DNA of 64,000 nucleotides from Yuukianura sp. NJ FZ-2021 (lineage: Eukaryota), in contig CM102283.1 in NCBI GenBank assembly GCA_046563655.1, positions 3,906,001 to 3,970,000 on the forward strand. Reading direction: 5' to 3'. Positions within the stretch are counted from its first letter, which is position 1. Every line of letters starts with the position of its first letter. This document shows, piece after piece, positions 50,823 to 61,878 of the stretch. A program made the translations under genes and the position numbers. Below the pieces are notes generated by a model, which was not told the origin of the DNA, searched no databases, and saw only the letters and a program-made list of their open reading frames with translations.

Positions 50823-52439
50823 AACCAAACCGTTTCTGATATTTGGTCATTTTTAAGCTATTTCCCCTCCCGAATACTACTCCCGACTAGTCCCTACGGC
50901 TGAGCTAAAAATAGTGAGGCAGAGTCCACCATAGCCACACTACTCCTTCTAAACAAAAACAAAAGTACATAACTTCAGTTGAACTTTAAAATACTTAGGC
51001 AAAAATAGAAGTGTTAGCATCTTGCCACTTATTTAAATAAAACCAAAACAAAAATAACGTGGGATCAGAATCATAAAATAACTTTGGAATTGAGATGCTG
51101 TGGAATGCGTGGGTTGTTTTGATAAGAATCTCTTAGCTAAAGATCTTTGAAGCGTAATTTAGGTAAATGTAGCCAGTGTCACCCTGCACTGGAATTGAAT
51201 TGAGTCTAAGAAATGAAGATGGAATATAAACACTGATGGATACAAAGATGGCAAGTGTTGGGCCATTTATCCTCCTAGCATCTCAATTCCATTTTTAGCA
51301 CCTCATGTAAGGACTGAACCCCAGTAAAGTCCCTCCCTTCCGAATTACGTTTGTGCAAGTGACCTGACCTTTGAACTACGTTTGACCTCAACAGTACTCA
51401 CTATGACCAATTGAAGCCCCAACAAATGACTAAATGCCAACCAAGAGTAATGAAAAAGAGTGTTCCTTACCTTGTTATCAAAATGTGAAAAGTGCTTCGC
51501 GTCCTACCTTCCAAGTAGTTGAGCAACGATTGAAGTAGTAGAAATGGAGAGGTGGGAATGATTCGTTGCCAAAGTTTGCACCAGAGGAACGACGACTGAA
51601 ATGAAGAATTGAGAAGCAGGATCAAAAGATTTGGAAGAGGTGATGCCGTTGCGGAAGGTGATGATGTGGGTGTCCATTTTTAGAAAATCCCATTCCCAAC
51701 TACAACAAAGCAACAAACATTGACCGTTACCGTTAGACATATGACTTTTGGTTCCTTTCGTCGTTGGTTGTTGTTACCTGTAGTTGACACTTTGTATGGT
51801 CATGAGATGATGACCTAACTACTAACTAACAACACTAATTAATCGATGAACGTTAATTAAACTTGGATTAAGTAACGGTCCGTTACCTAACGGACACTTT
51901 ACTTGCGGGAGAGGATACAGCTGCAGGCAGAGGAACAAGAGGGACGACGAAGAGGAGACGAATGCGGCAGGAAGGAGGGAGAAAATTCAAATGAAGGAGA
52001 CGCCGGTTGCACTAAAAGCCACACACAACACCAGTCACCCTCTCTCTAAAGCGCCATCTCTCAAACACAAAAATCAACTTTTCCACCCATTCTCAAAAGG
52101 CGCCAACTTTACAAATTCAAAAATAAAGTTACGCGGTAAACGTAAACCATAAAAGTAGTCAAAGTTCAAACCTTGAATAAATCGCGGTTTGTAAACAATA
52201 ATTTAAGTGCGTTATTTCGTTTTAGTTGTTCAAAAAACAGTAAATGGAAACGGAATAAGGATTTCTCAATTGATTTAATTAGCTTCAGCCATGTTAATTG
52301 TTCTACATATTACTAAACACGTTTCCCATGAATTTAGTATTAAATTCACACCTTCGAATGATTTGTTGAGACGAAGCATCTATGGACACTATTACTTATA
52401 CATGGATTAATCGTTGATTTCTAGCAGTCTGCTTGGATC

Positions 52440-52893
52440 TTAGGTGGCTTTTGCCAGGGATTCAATGACTTTCCCCACCTCTTGCTGACTTTTGTTTGCA
52501 AGAACTATGCTGTTCTCCCTCCCTTGACCTGAATCGCACATTTTCAAATCAGTACAGCAGCATCACAGAACTGTATCAATTACTTGATCTAATTACTTCC
52601 CTTACCGTATCTCGCATAAACTTTGGGCTGAACATTGGAGCACTCGCGAATCAAGATAGGGAACGTCGGATTCGCCTGCTTGGTAGGAACATACTGCGAC
52701 TCTATCCACTCCCTGTTTCCATAAAACAACACTTCAACACATCACAAGTCTAAGTTAATCCATTAATTTTAACTGTCATTTAGCTTATTCTACGAAAAAC
52801 AAAAACAAGAACTGACCGAACACCTTTGGATGCGGGTGACTTCTGGCAGAGATGAATTCTCAGTTCCCGGATGGCTCCTCCAAACTTTGACAT
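52440..52893 (-). CDS. NDUFA2: NADH dehydrogenase 1 alpha subcomplex subunit 2 (B8), 3 exons; not in the ORF track
   Basis: Spliced translation [90 protein letters not shown]. Confidence 0.93.
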
Positions 52894-53311
52894 CTTCAAT
52901 TCCAACAACGTTTCTTCAGAAGTGTCCAACGATCACCAAGTCTTAATTAACACTGTTAATTAACGTTTAACACGATTTTAGTCTCACTTTCACTTCCACT
53001 CAATTTGTTTTTCTGAATTCACAAAAAACTTGTATTTTGAAACATCTCATTTCCCACTTTCTCATTTTCTCAAAGGACGGGGGCAATGTGAGAATGTCAA
53101 GACAAGTTTTGGACAATAACGAAATTGTTCAGACCTGAATAATAAATTATGGTTAACTGAAAACTTTACAAATTAGCTTAATTAATCGTCTTGAAAACAT
53201 ATTTAATCCAAACTAGAATCAAATATGTAAGAAATATTAAGTTGAGCATTGAGAAACGTTAGACAAATTGAGTTAAAATTGAAATTTCAAAATGTTAGTA
53301 CAAAGTTTTAA

Positions 53312-54238
53312 TCAAGAGTATGGGTCAAATGAGTAGAGGAATGCGAGTTCGTAGGGAGAAATTGAATTGCCCCGCCCAAAAGACGCTCTGCACATCGTGC
53401 AGAACCAGGCGCAAAGGTTACTCAGGTCACCCACATGAACTTGAGCCACCAACGCCCCAGAGTTACACTCCAAATGCGTATGAGAGTCCACCATCGTAAT
53501 CTCAAAAAATAAAAAAGATGCAATTTGTTCAAAATTTTGAAGTAAAAAGTGAAATATATGAACTGACCTTCTCCAGTTGCGGTTGGTAGATGAAGAGGAC
53601 TGATCTGTCAGCGGCAATCAAAACGACAAACAGATCCGAAGTTTCTTTTTTGTTGAGCGGCGGATTATGTGTCCAGTCGAACAGTGGAGGCTCAATTGTC
53701 TCGGCAAAAGAGTCGCTCAGGGAAGACATCATCGTCACTGTTTTCTACAAATTAACACAAAATGAATCTGCGCTTGCGCGGTGCTTGAACACATCAACTC
53801 ACGTCCGACCATTCGACTAGGAATGGGAATCTATCTCTGACTGCGTCCAGTGCTTCTGGGATGTTGAGGTTGATGTGCGTCAACTGGTGATTTCTGCGCA
53901 GAGTTTCGTGAATTTCGTTTCCATCGACGATTGCTTCTGCGAGGGAATTGACGAGCATGCGACTCAGAGGTTGGTCAAAGTACCCCCACAACTGAATCCG
54001 AAACTCATCAATTCTACCCGCCAACAGAACTGCAATCAGAGTACACGCATTCGAACCTGCAAAGAATCAAAACATCAGTCAACTTTTCAAAAAATTGTGT
54101 TTGAAAAAGCTGCTGCTGCTAACCAATTACACGATCTCCAAGGCGGGACTGAGAAAATTCCTCAGGAAACTTCCATATTTTGACTCGATTTTCTTGAATG
54201 GCGTAAACCTCTGGTGCGTATTCAACATATCTCGCCAT
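53312..54238 (-). CDS. Uncharacterised ~235-aa protein, 4 coding exons; candidate papain-fold cysteine protease/deubiquitinase
   Basis: In-frame joins of exons 54124-54238, ~53803-54056, ~53568-53744 and 53312-53500 give MARYVEY...FPEEFSQSRLGDRVIGSNACTLIAVLLAG...LFVVLIAADRSVLFIYQPQLEKITMVDSHTH...GALVA...FDPYS. Confidence 0.7.
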
Positions 54239-57118
54239 TCCATTCGTCTCTCAATTCCAGTCAATCTAAAAGGATTTAACATCAAATTACAATCAAGTTT
54301 TCAAAATTTTGATTTTTAAAATTATGAGAAACGAACTTACCCGAATGCAAGAGTGAAGTGAGAATTCTGAGAGTAGTTGCATAAAAGTCGTAGTTTTTTA
54401 CAAGATGATAAAAATGGAAATGTTGTGTGTTCCGTGTTTGCGGCAGAGGATTTAAATAATACACACACTGGATGGTTGTCATGGCAACCAATGGCAAGCA
54501 TTTCAACTAAAGAAGTGAGAAAGTAGCTCTCTCCTTTCACCACCAACACAAATCCAATAAATCATATTACTTCACTACATACAAAAAACTGTTCAAAGAA
54601 TCGTAATCCCCCACCACGTGCTTTAACAAATAATAAATTCATTCACAACTCTTTATGATGACAAACTACCGCAGTAATACATTTTTTTTTGGTGCGGCGG
54701 CTTGTATTTTGTCCAAAAAAAAATTTTTTTTTCAAAGTTTAAGCAAAAGCAAAAGTTTTTTAAAAAGAGAATTTTTAAAAAGCTCAGTTTTTCTCTTGTT
54801 AGCATTTACAAAATGAATGGTAAGCAAGTTTTATGGTCGACTTGTGTCAAAAACGCCTTTGTTCTTTTAGTTGAACGAATTTGCCGTAAAACTTACCAAG
54901 TTCATAAGAAAGAGTTGCTTGCATAAAGCATTTTCTTTAAAAGAATGAGATTTTTTTGACAATAGAAAAATCAGAGTTCACAATTTTGAGAATTTAGTCG
55001 GCAGCTTTGTGGCTGCCTTTGGGTTTCTGAAATTAAATTAACACTTTCTCCAACGTCATACTCTACCGCCGCATATGAACAAAAAAGAAAGAATTTTCAT
55101 GAACTTTGTCGTGTCTCTTTAAAGAAATTGGACTTTCACAACTGAGTTCCCTCAAGAAAAAAAAATTAAGACGGTCGTATAAATGAAACAAAAGAGAATT
55201 CGCCCTAAGTTAAAATCCTCGTACTTCATTTTTTTCAATTTCTAAACCTCCACTCTCTCCAATTTTCCAGGTGTAAAGTTTTTCCTAGCCTCCCGCAGAT
55301 TCGCGAATTCTTAGCAATCTTGATTTAATTTTCTACATTTGAACTGTCTCTCTCAATCACAATCGCAATCTACCTCCAAAAACTTCAACTCTTTTTTTTA
55401 CGTTTTCCAAAAATTGAACGTCACAAAGAAGGTGAGTATTTTTATGTCCTTTGTCCAATTTAAGTGCCTCATTTCATTTTAGTTGTTCAAAAAACAATAA
55501 AATTGAGAAAAGGAAGCTCCGGTTGTATGTGAAAGTGGTTTGTGCGCTTTCTTGATCACTTTTTGTGAGAAACGTAATAGGATTTGTAAATTTCAATCAC
55601 ATTATTCTCCGGCAGTTGATCGTAGGTGAATCAAAATCACAAGAACCACCACCCTCCCACGCTTCATCCTCAAAAACCATCATTCAATTTCTGAGAAAAA
55701 CTTCAAATTTTGCTTTCTCCTAGCCCAACACACCGCATATCCACTTTCTCCAACCAAAACTCACCGTAAACCTACATGCAGTTTCTCAAAACAAAAATAT
55801 TTTGCCGTCTGAAGTTTGCTGTTTTGATGCAAACTTCACACGGGCACAATTTCACAAGTGCATCATCACACTCACGACAAACGCTCAACTTTACGATTCA
55901 AGTCATAAACTTCTTGGATGTACAGCGTCACTAAAAAACTGGTTTCCCTCCTATCGCAAAAAAAAAATTTACCGGAACCATCCCATATTGCGAATTTGGA
56001 TGCGTTAGCGTCAGGGAATTGTTTCAAAAATTGAAAATCTGAACCATGAGCTTATTTGTACCGCTAAATTGTAAGAATTTGAGATTCGAAAATTCAATTA
56101 GAGTGAGACGCCAGTTAAAGTTTCGTGTATGAGATGAGAGAATTCTCAAGTAGAGAGTGTGAGTTTTGTTCCATGTATTTTCCCTATCTCAATCAATGCT
56201 TTTTTTTTACCCAGAAGCCAGCACACATTCTTAAAAACATTTGAGTCCATGCTCTTCCCCTACGTCTAACTATTTTTTTGATGTGGCGTCAACGTTATTC
56301 CTAGTTAAATTTCTCATCCCTTTGTTCTATTTCCATCAAAAAATTAAATTTTCCCTAAAAAAGAATTTGAGATTGGTTAGTTTTACGTTAATAGAAAGTG
56401 TGTATTTGGTAGGGACGCTGTACAGCCTGTTGCTCTGAGAGGGGATGAAGGGAGATGCGGAAACAACAGGGACTTTCTCTTCAAGAAAAACAACAGTGGT
56501 GGTTGGAGAAAGTGGTTTGTTCCACCCTTTATCTCCTCAAACCAAATCTTACAACTCTCCTCTTTTAAGTTTTCAATTATTAACAATCACACTGTTAAGC
56601 CTCTTTGGAAGGAATGAATTAGGAAGGGCTTTCCTCGAGGGAATTATTTCCAAAATCTGTTTCTATAATTTCCACTCTTTCCTTTCTTCTCTATCGTAAA
56701 CAGGAAAGGTTTTAGGCATTTCTTAGCTCATCTAACAAAAGAGAAACTGCGTTCTTCCCACAACCTCACAAATGAAATCGCTTCCGAAAACTTAAAAATA
56801 GTCTAACCAAATTAAAAATTCCCTACATTTTGGCCACATATTTCCTCAGTACAAAGTTGAAGAGACAGGAAATTTTGATTTCCATTTTGGAAAAGTAAGG
56901 TTCAAGACGTTGAATGCCAGCCAAAATGTAGGGTGGGAATAAAGTGTGTTGGAAAGAGTAACTACGGGCGACATTGTCGCTTTTGTGGTTCAAATTGAAC
57001 AGCCGGTGCGACAATGTCGTGAGCCCATATTCAAAATTTGAATGTGGACTGAGGGGAAGGAGTGACTGGGAGAAAAGCATAAAGCTCTGCTTTCTCTCCT
57101 TTCACCACCGTCCAACCT

Positions 57119-57126
57119 TATAAAAG
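57119..57126 (+). promoter_or_regulatory. TATA box of the NPF gene
   Basis: tataaaag ~30 bp upstream of an Inr-like tcagtc (~57150) and ~110 bp upstream of the ATG. Confidence 0.6.
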
Positions 57127-57229
57127 ACGCTCACACGACCACTCTCTGCTCAGTCCCACTCTCTCTTCACTCACAAACACCTACTCAAGTTGACCTCTGA
57201 CCTAGCCTCACTTGACCTCTGACCTAAGA

Positions 57230-60200
57230 ATGATGCGTTTGAAGCTGCTGAGGGCGCAGTGGGTGGGGGGCTTGGTCCTGCTTTGGTTCATGTCTCTCCT
57301 CCAAGTGGAGGGAGGGACAACACTCTACTCGACCTCTGACCTCGCTCCACCCAACTACGACCAGCTCAACGCTCTTCTCAAAAACTACATCAAAGAACTG
57401 GACAACGCCAAAGCACAATCAAAACAAATCAGGTACAATTTATACATTTTGAATTTAAACTCTGGTTAGAAACAGTCATTTACTCTTCAAGAGCCACTTA
57501 ACACCGGAAATTAAACAGAAGTTTGTCTCTCCAACGCACACAACCTCACAATCACAATTTCAACTTAGCTTCCTTTCCTCTCACCTACTCGCACTTTTGT
57601 AAAGCAAACAGAAACACAATTTCAATTTTACACTGTCCTTTTCCACAAAAACTAAATTTGTAGCGATATCTGTCTTTCAACACTTTTTGGTTTAAGAACA
57701 AATTGAAAATTTAATTCTTTCTTTTTTTGTGTAAAAACAGCCACAATCGTTTGTGTTGTGGGAAGAGTGGTTTGAACTTTTGATTTAACTTTGTGGCTTT
57801 CGCGAGGTCTTTCTTTTCACCTTTTGTTGTGGTTTTTAACTAAGAAAGAGTTTTAGAAAAAAGTAAATTTAAATGATCAAAATTCGATAGACAGTTGACT
57901 ACTAATCATTTTCAACACAGTTCAAATTTTTTAAGTTTTTAGGTAAGTGAGGATTTGTTGTTGGAAATATTGAAATTCAATTGGAAATGTGGAACGGAAT
58001 AAGGAAGAGAGTGGAAAATGGAAATAAAGTGGTGGGAGCACAGCGTGCTTCTGTTTAAAATTTATGACGGCGCAAAAGAGGGGGTTGAGATAGAGGTCAC
58101 TCCAGCTTTACGAAATTCAAAATTCTAAGGTTCCAGATCCACTTTCTTTTTTCTCTTTTTTAAGGTAATCTGTTCTCCGTTTTGCTGAGAAAATGGACAA
58201 AAAGGAAGTACGTTTTAATAACTTATGCAAAGGTTTTTAAAAAACCCAACATGGTTTCTGGACAAATGGCTTTTATCATTTGTCGTGATTTTCCTACCCC
58301 TGCACGGATTTGCTTTCGAAAGAGGAAGGAAACGTTTCCATCTTTTTCAACTTTCAGTTTCAGCTTTTCTTCAATTTTTAAGTTTAAAAAATGGAAGAGA
58401 AAGTTACGAATATTAGAATGAACCACCATAATCGGAAAGCTAATTCTCCCGCATTATTCAATTTTTTCTTAAATTGGAGTTCGCTTTTCTTCTACATTTG
58501 TAAGCCGTTTAAACATTCTGAAAACAAATAGTAGGACAAAAGTAAACTTGATAGACAAATAGACGTGAAATTTTTTCCTGAGAAATATCCTTCCACACAA
58601 TTCGAAAATTGATTCACAGATTTAGTGCGACTACGATACAATCTGTTAATCAATAACTCTATTTTTTCTTATTTCTTCCTTTCAAAAATTTAAATTAAAG
58701 AGCTTCAAAAATTAACATATTTTGAAAAGTGGAGTTAGGTTTAGACCATGTTTGAAAATTTTTCGTACTTGTGCATGGTAGACTCTTGATCAATTTTTAA
58801 TTAGAATTTTCCTTCTCAGAAAGGGAATAAATATTTGAACGTATTTTTAAACCACAAATTGAAATGGAATATTCATTTCTAAAGCTGAAGCACGTGGACA
58901 CTTTTAGCGTCACTCTTAACCTTTTAGCCGATTTCATAAATCAACTTTGAGTCGTAAAGAAAATACAAAACAAAAGTCAGAATTTTTAAAATTTCACTTT
59001 TCAACAATCTATTACGGTTATGTTCAGAAATAGCACATCCAAACTTTACGCTATAAACTGAGTTTTAAAAACTTTGCCTTTCATTTCATCCCAACTTTGT
59101 TCCTTCCCTCAATGTTTGTCGTTTGGGAATGGAACTTTCGAAATGGAAATGTGTCACGTCAGAAGGTGACGAGAGACAATGCATTTAAAAATGCTTTGTT
59201 TAACTTTTCTAAAAACTTCTTTGAATTTGACCAAACTCAACTTTTACTTTGTCTAAATTGTTTTGCCCTTGACACCTTAAAACCATAAAGTTCAATGCCT
59301 ATCATGACGTATAACTTCCGCATCGTGTCGGAATTCAATAGTTTTTGAATTGAAGTTTGAAATGAGAAGGCGAGAGGAGTTGAATTCCAAAGTGTCACAA
59401 AATGAAAGCTTTCTTTTAAATGTGAGATACACATGACAAGTGGCATGAAAATAGAAAAGGCGTAGGAGAAAGTTAGAAAAGTGGCAGAAGTATCAACAAA
59501 ACCCTCGTGTTAAGGGCCCTTGACTCACTTCAAGGGCTGCTTTTATTAAGAAAGTGAAGCAGCCCTTTACGCCTTTCAAACGCACCTAATCTGCGAAACT
59601 TAACTCTTTTCCAAGGAATTCTCTAAAAGAACTATGCTTAATTCTACTAATAAGAGAGGTCATTCCGCTTACCTTAAAATAAAGTCCAAGTGTGTTCAAT
59701 CACGGCCCTCGTCAGTTGAATCACTTTCCTCTCATTTTAGCACCACCAAGTCCGCTTTCACTCACTTTCACCCTAGTTTTTCACAGAATTGAGAAGAGTG
59801 ACCTTTGACCTTAGTTGCACAAAGGGTGGATCATGTCCATTTTCCATTTCATTAGTTGAACAGTCACTTTGAATCCAGTGAAACACAGGAACACACCCAC
59901 ACAAATGGTGAAAGAGTCAATATTGAATGTGGTCCCACTAATGGTCATTAATCTGTGCATGAGGCGTGAATTCCCGCCTTCCACAAGTGCCCATCCATCC
60001 ATGATCTCCTCAAATCAAAAACTAATTCCACTTTAATTAAAAACTTCACTTTAATTTCATGTCATTTCAGTGGGCAAGTGAACTTGCGCAGTCCACGGAG
60101 TGAGTTGGTGGGTGACATGGCGCATGCTCTGCGTCTCTATCAACTGGCTGAACTGGATCGCATGTACGGAGCCAAGAGTCGCCCAAGGCAAGTCCACTTG

Positions 60201-61177
60201 ACCTTTGACCTCAAACACAAATGACTTTGTTTGAAAAGTGAATAATTGTGTAGTAAAAAGTGTAGTTGGTTACCCGGAAGAGAGAGTTGTTATCTGGTGA
60301 TTGAATTGAAGTTGTGGTGAAAGCTCCTTTCTTCCTCTCAATTACGACATCTCCTTAATTTCACTCAACTTTTACTTGTTTATGACGCAACATAAAAATT
60401 CACTAAACAGAACATTGTTGAGAAGAACCTGTGGATGACAAGTGTTAAAAGAGCGTCAAACTTTGCTTAGGTTTATGATGCAACATGAACAACATTAGGA
60501 AAAGCAGTTACCTCATTCCGGAATGCATGAGCACTAAATAACCAATCCAATCATCACAAAAACTACAAGGAAACGACGTCTTCCTGTCCATAAAACATAA
60601 AACTGAATAGAAATTTAGTGTTTTGAGTCCTGTTAATGAGAATATTCCCAATTTCCTTAACTTTTCTTGGCGATTTCCTCCAGATTTCCGTTTTCTGTCC
60701 AAAGCACTTAGGCGATCATCACAATTTTCCAAATGTCGAAACTTGTCAAAAAAAATAGTTTTCCTCAGACGTCTGGTTGGGCTGCCATGTCATCTGACGG
60801 TCGCAGTCACCGGGCCAGAACGCTTTGGATTAGATTTCCATTAGCTTAATGAATTCGTCTTCACTGAAAAAGATCATATTCACTTTAGACTCAAAAACAA
60901 ATGACGCTTTTTCTAAAAAAACTAATTTTTTTTGAAACGCTAACTTTTTAGATTTGGGAAGCGTGGAGGTGAGATTACGCCAGAGTATGCACCTACGTAC
61001 GGCAGTGGACTCGGTGGCTACGAATCTCCTCTCCAAAATGCAAGTCCTTCCACTTTTCAATTCTGCACAATGAAATTAAACCTGAAATTTCAAAACGAAG
61101 TTTAAAATGTGGTTTTGGTAAATTTGCAGGATATTTCCGACGGGAGAAGTTCTTCAAGAGACGAAGAGCAAAGATAG
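57230..61177 (+). CDS. NPF: Neuropeptide F (NPF1) precursor; exons 57230-57432, 60071-60187 (cassette), 60952-61039, 61130-61177
   Basis: Signal peptide ending VEG; LLKNYIKELDN helix; exon 2 ALRLYQLAELDRMYGAKSRPR; exon 3 begins FGKR (amidation + dibasic site); phase-2 intron inside the Arg codon, as is typical of NPY/NPF genes; the last exon join is less certain. Confidence 0.88.
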
Positions 61178-61878
61178 GGTGTTTGGATGCAGCAGAAGAC
61201 GTTGACCTTTGACTCCAACCTCCACCTGAGAAAAAGTCTTAAAATCATAAGATGCAGTTAGGGCAAATTAAAAATGAGTTTTTGAAAGTAAGCAGAAAAT
61301 GTTTGAACAGAATTCTTCCTGGAGCTCTTTTCCCCCTGTGCAGTCCACCTAAAATGCAGAAGTGAATTATTGGAATTATTTAATTAAAAAGTGAAGCCAA
61401 ATGAAACCATTTTCCAAGAAAGTTTAATTTGGAATTTGACATTAGAGTTACCCGAGTGTTTACATTTTTGAATTTGAATGCCTAATTTTAACTTTGTATA
61501 ATTTGATTGTCTAAAAATAAAATCTGAATGTGCCACATTGGAAAACAAACATAAATTAGAACTGGAGGTTTGTCCAGATCCTGCTTTTAACTTAATGAAT
61601 GGAATACAAAGTTACAGTTGCAGAATTGATCCACATGCCCCTTAACGAATTTTACACTACAAGACATGTAAACAAAAGCTCAAAACACCTTGGAACAGAC
61701 GCTCATCTCTTTTTCAAAACACAAAGTACAACAACTTTGTTTTTGAAAAGAAGGGATTTAGACTAATCATGAGCAATGGGAAACTTAAATCTGGAGGAAG
61801 GTAACTAATTGGAAATTAAATTAACCCAGGAATGGAATGGCCACCTCAATTTTGTAACTTAATCCGCCTTAACTTATT

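Larger units (their letters stand above)
47977..50944. mobile_element. Non-autonomous TIR element with AGTAGT termini and 5-bp TSD, filled with satellites (Polinton/Maverick-like derivative)
   Basis: Starts agtagtgtgg and ends ccacactact; imperfect TIRs of ~110 bp (47977-48088 / 50831-50944) with a perfect core gcctcactatttttagctcagccgtagggactagtcgg; TSD ccttc at 47972-47976 and 50945-50949. Confidence 0.8.

Noticed and set aside
50950-51900. Intronic snoRNAs in the putative spliced transcript
   Set aside because: No convincing C/D or H/ACA box pair found by eye; only a 14-bp inverted repeat (~51086/51277)
54600-57100. Small ORFs between the DUB-like gene and NPF, and in NPF intron 1
   Set aside because: AT-rich and low complexity, mostly non-ATG starts, no coherent exon chain; likely regulatory DNA
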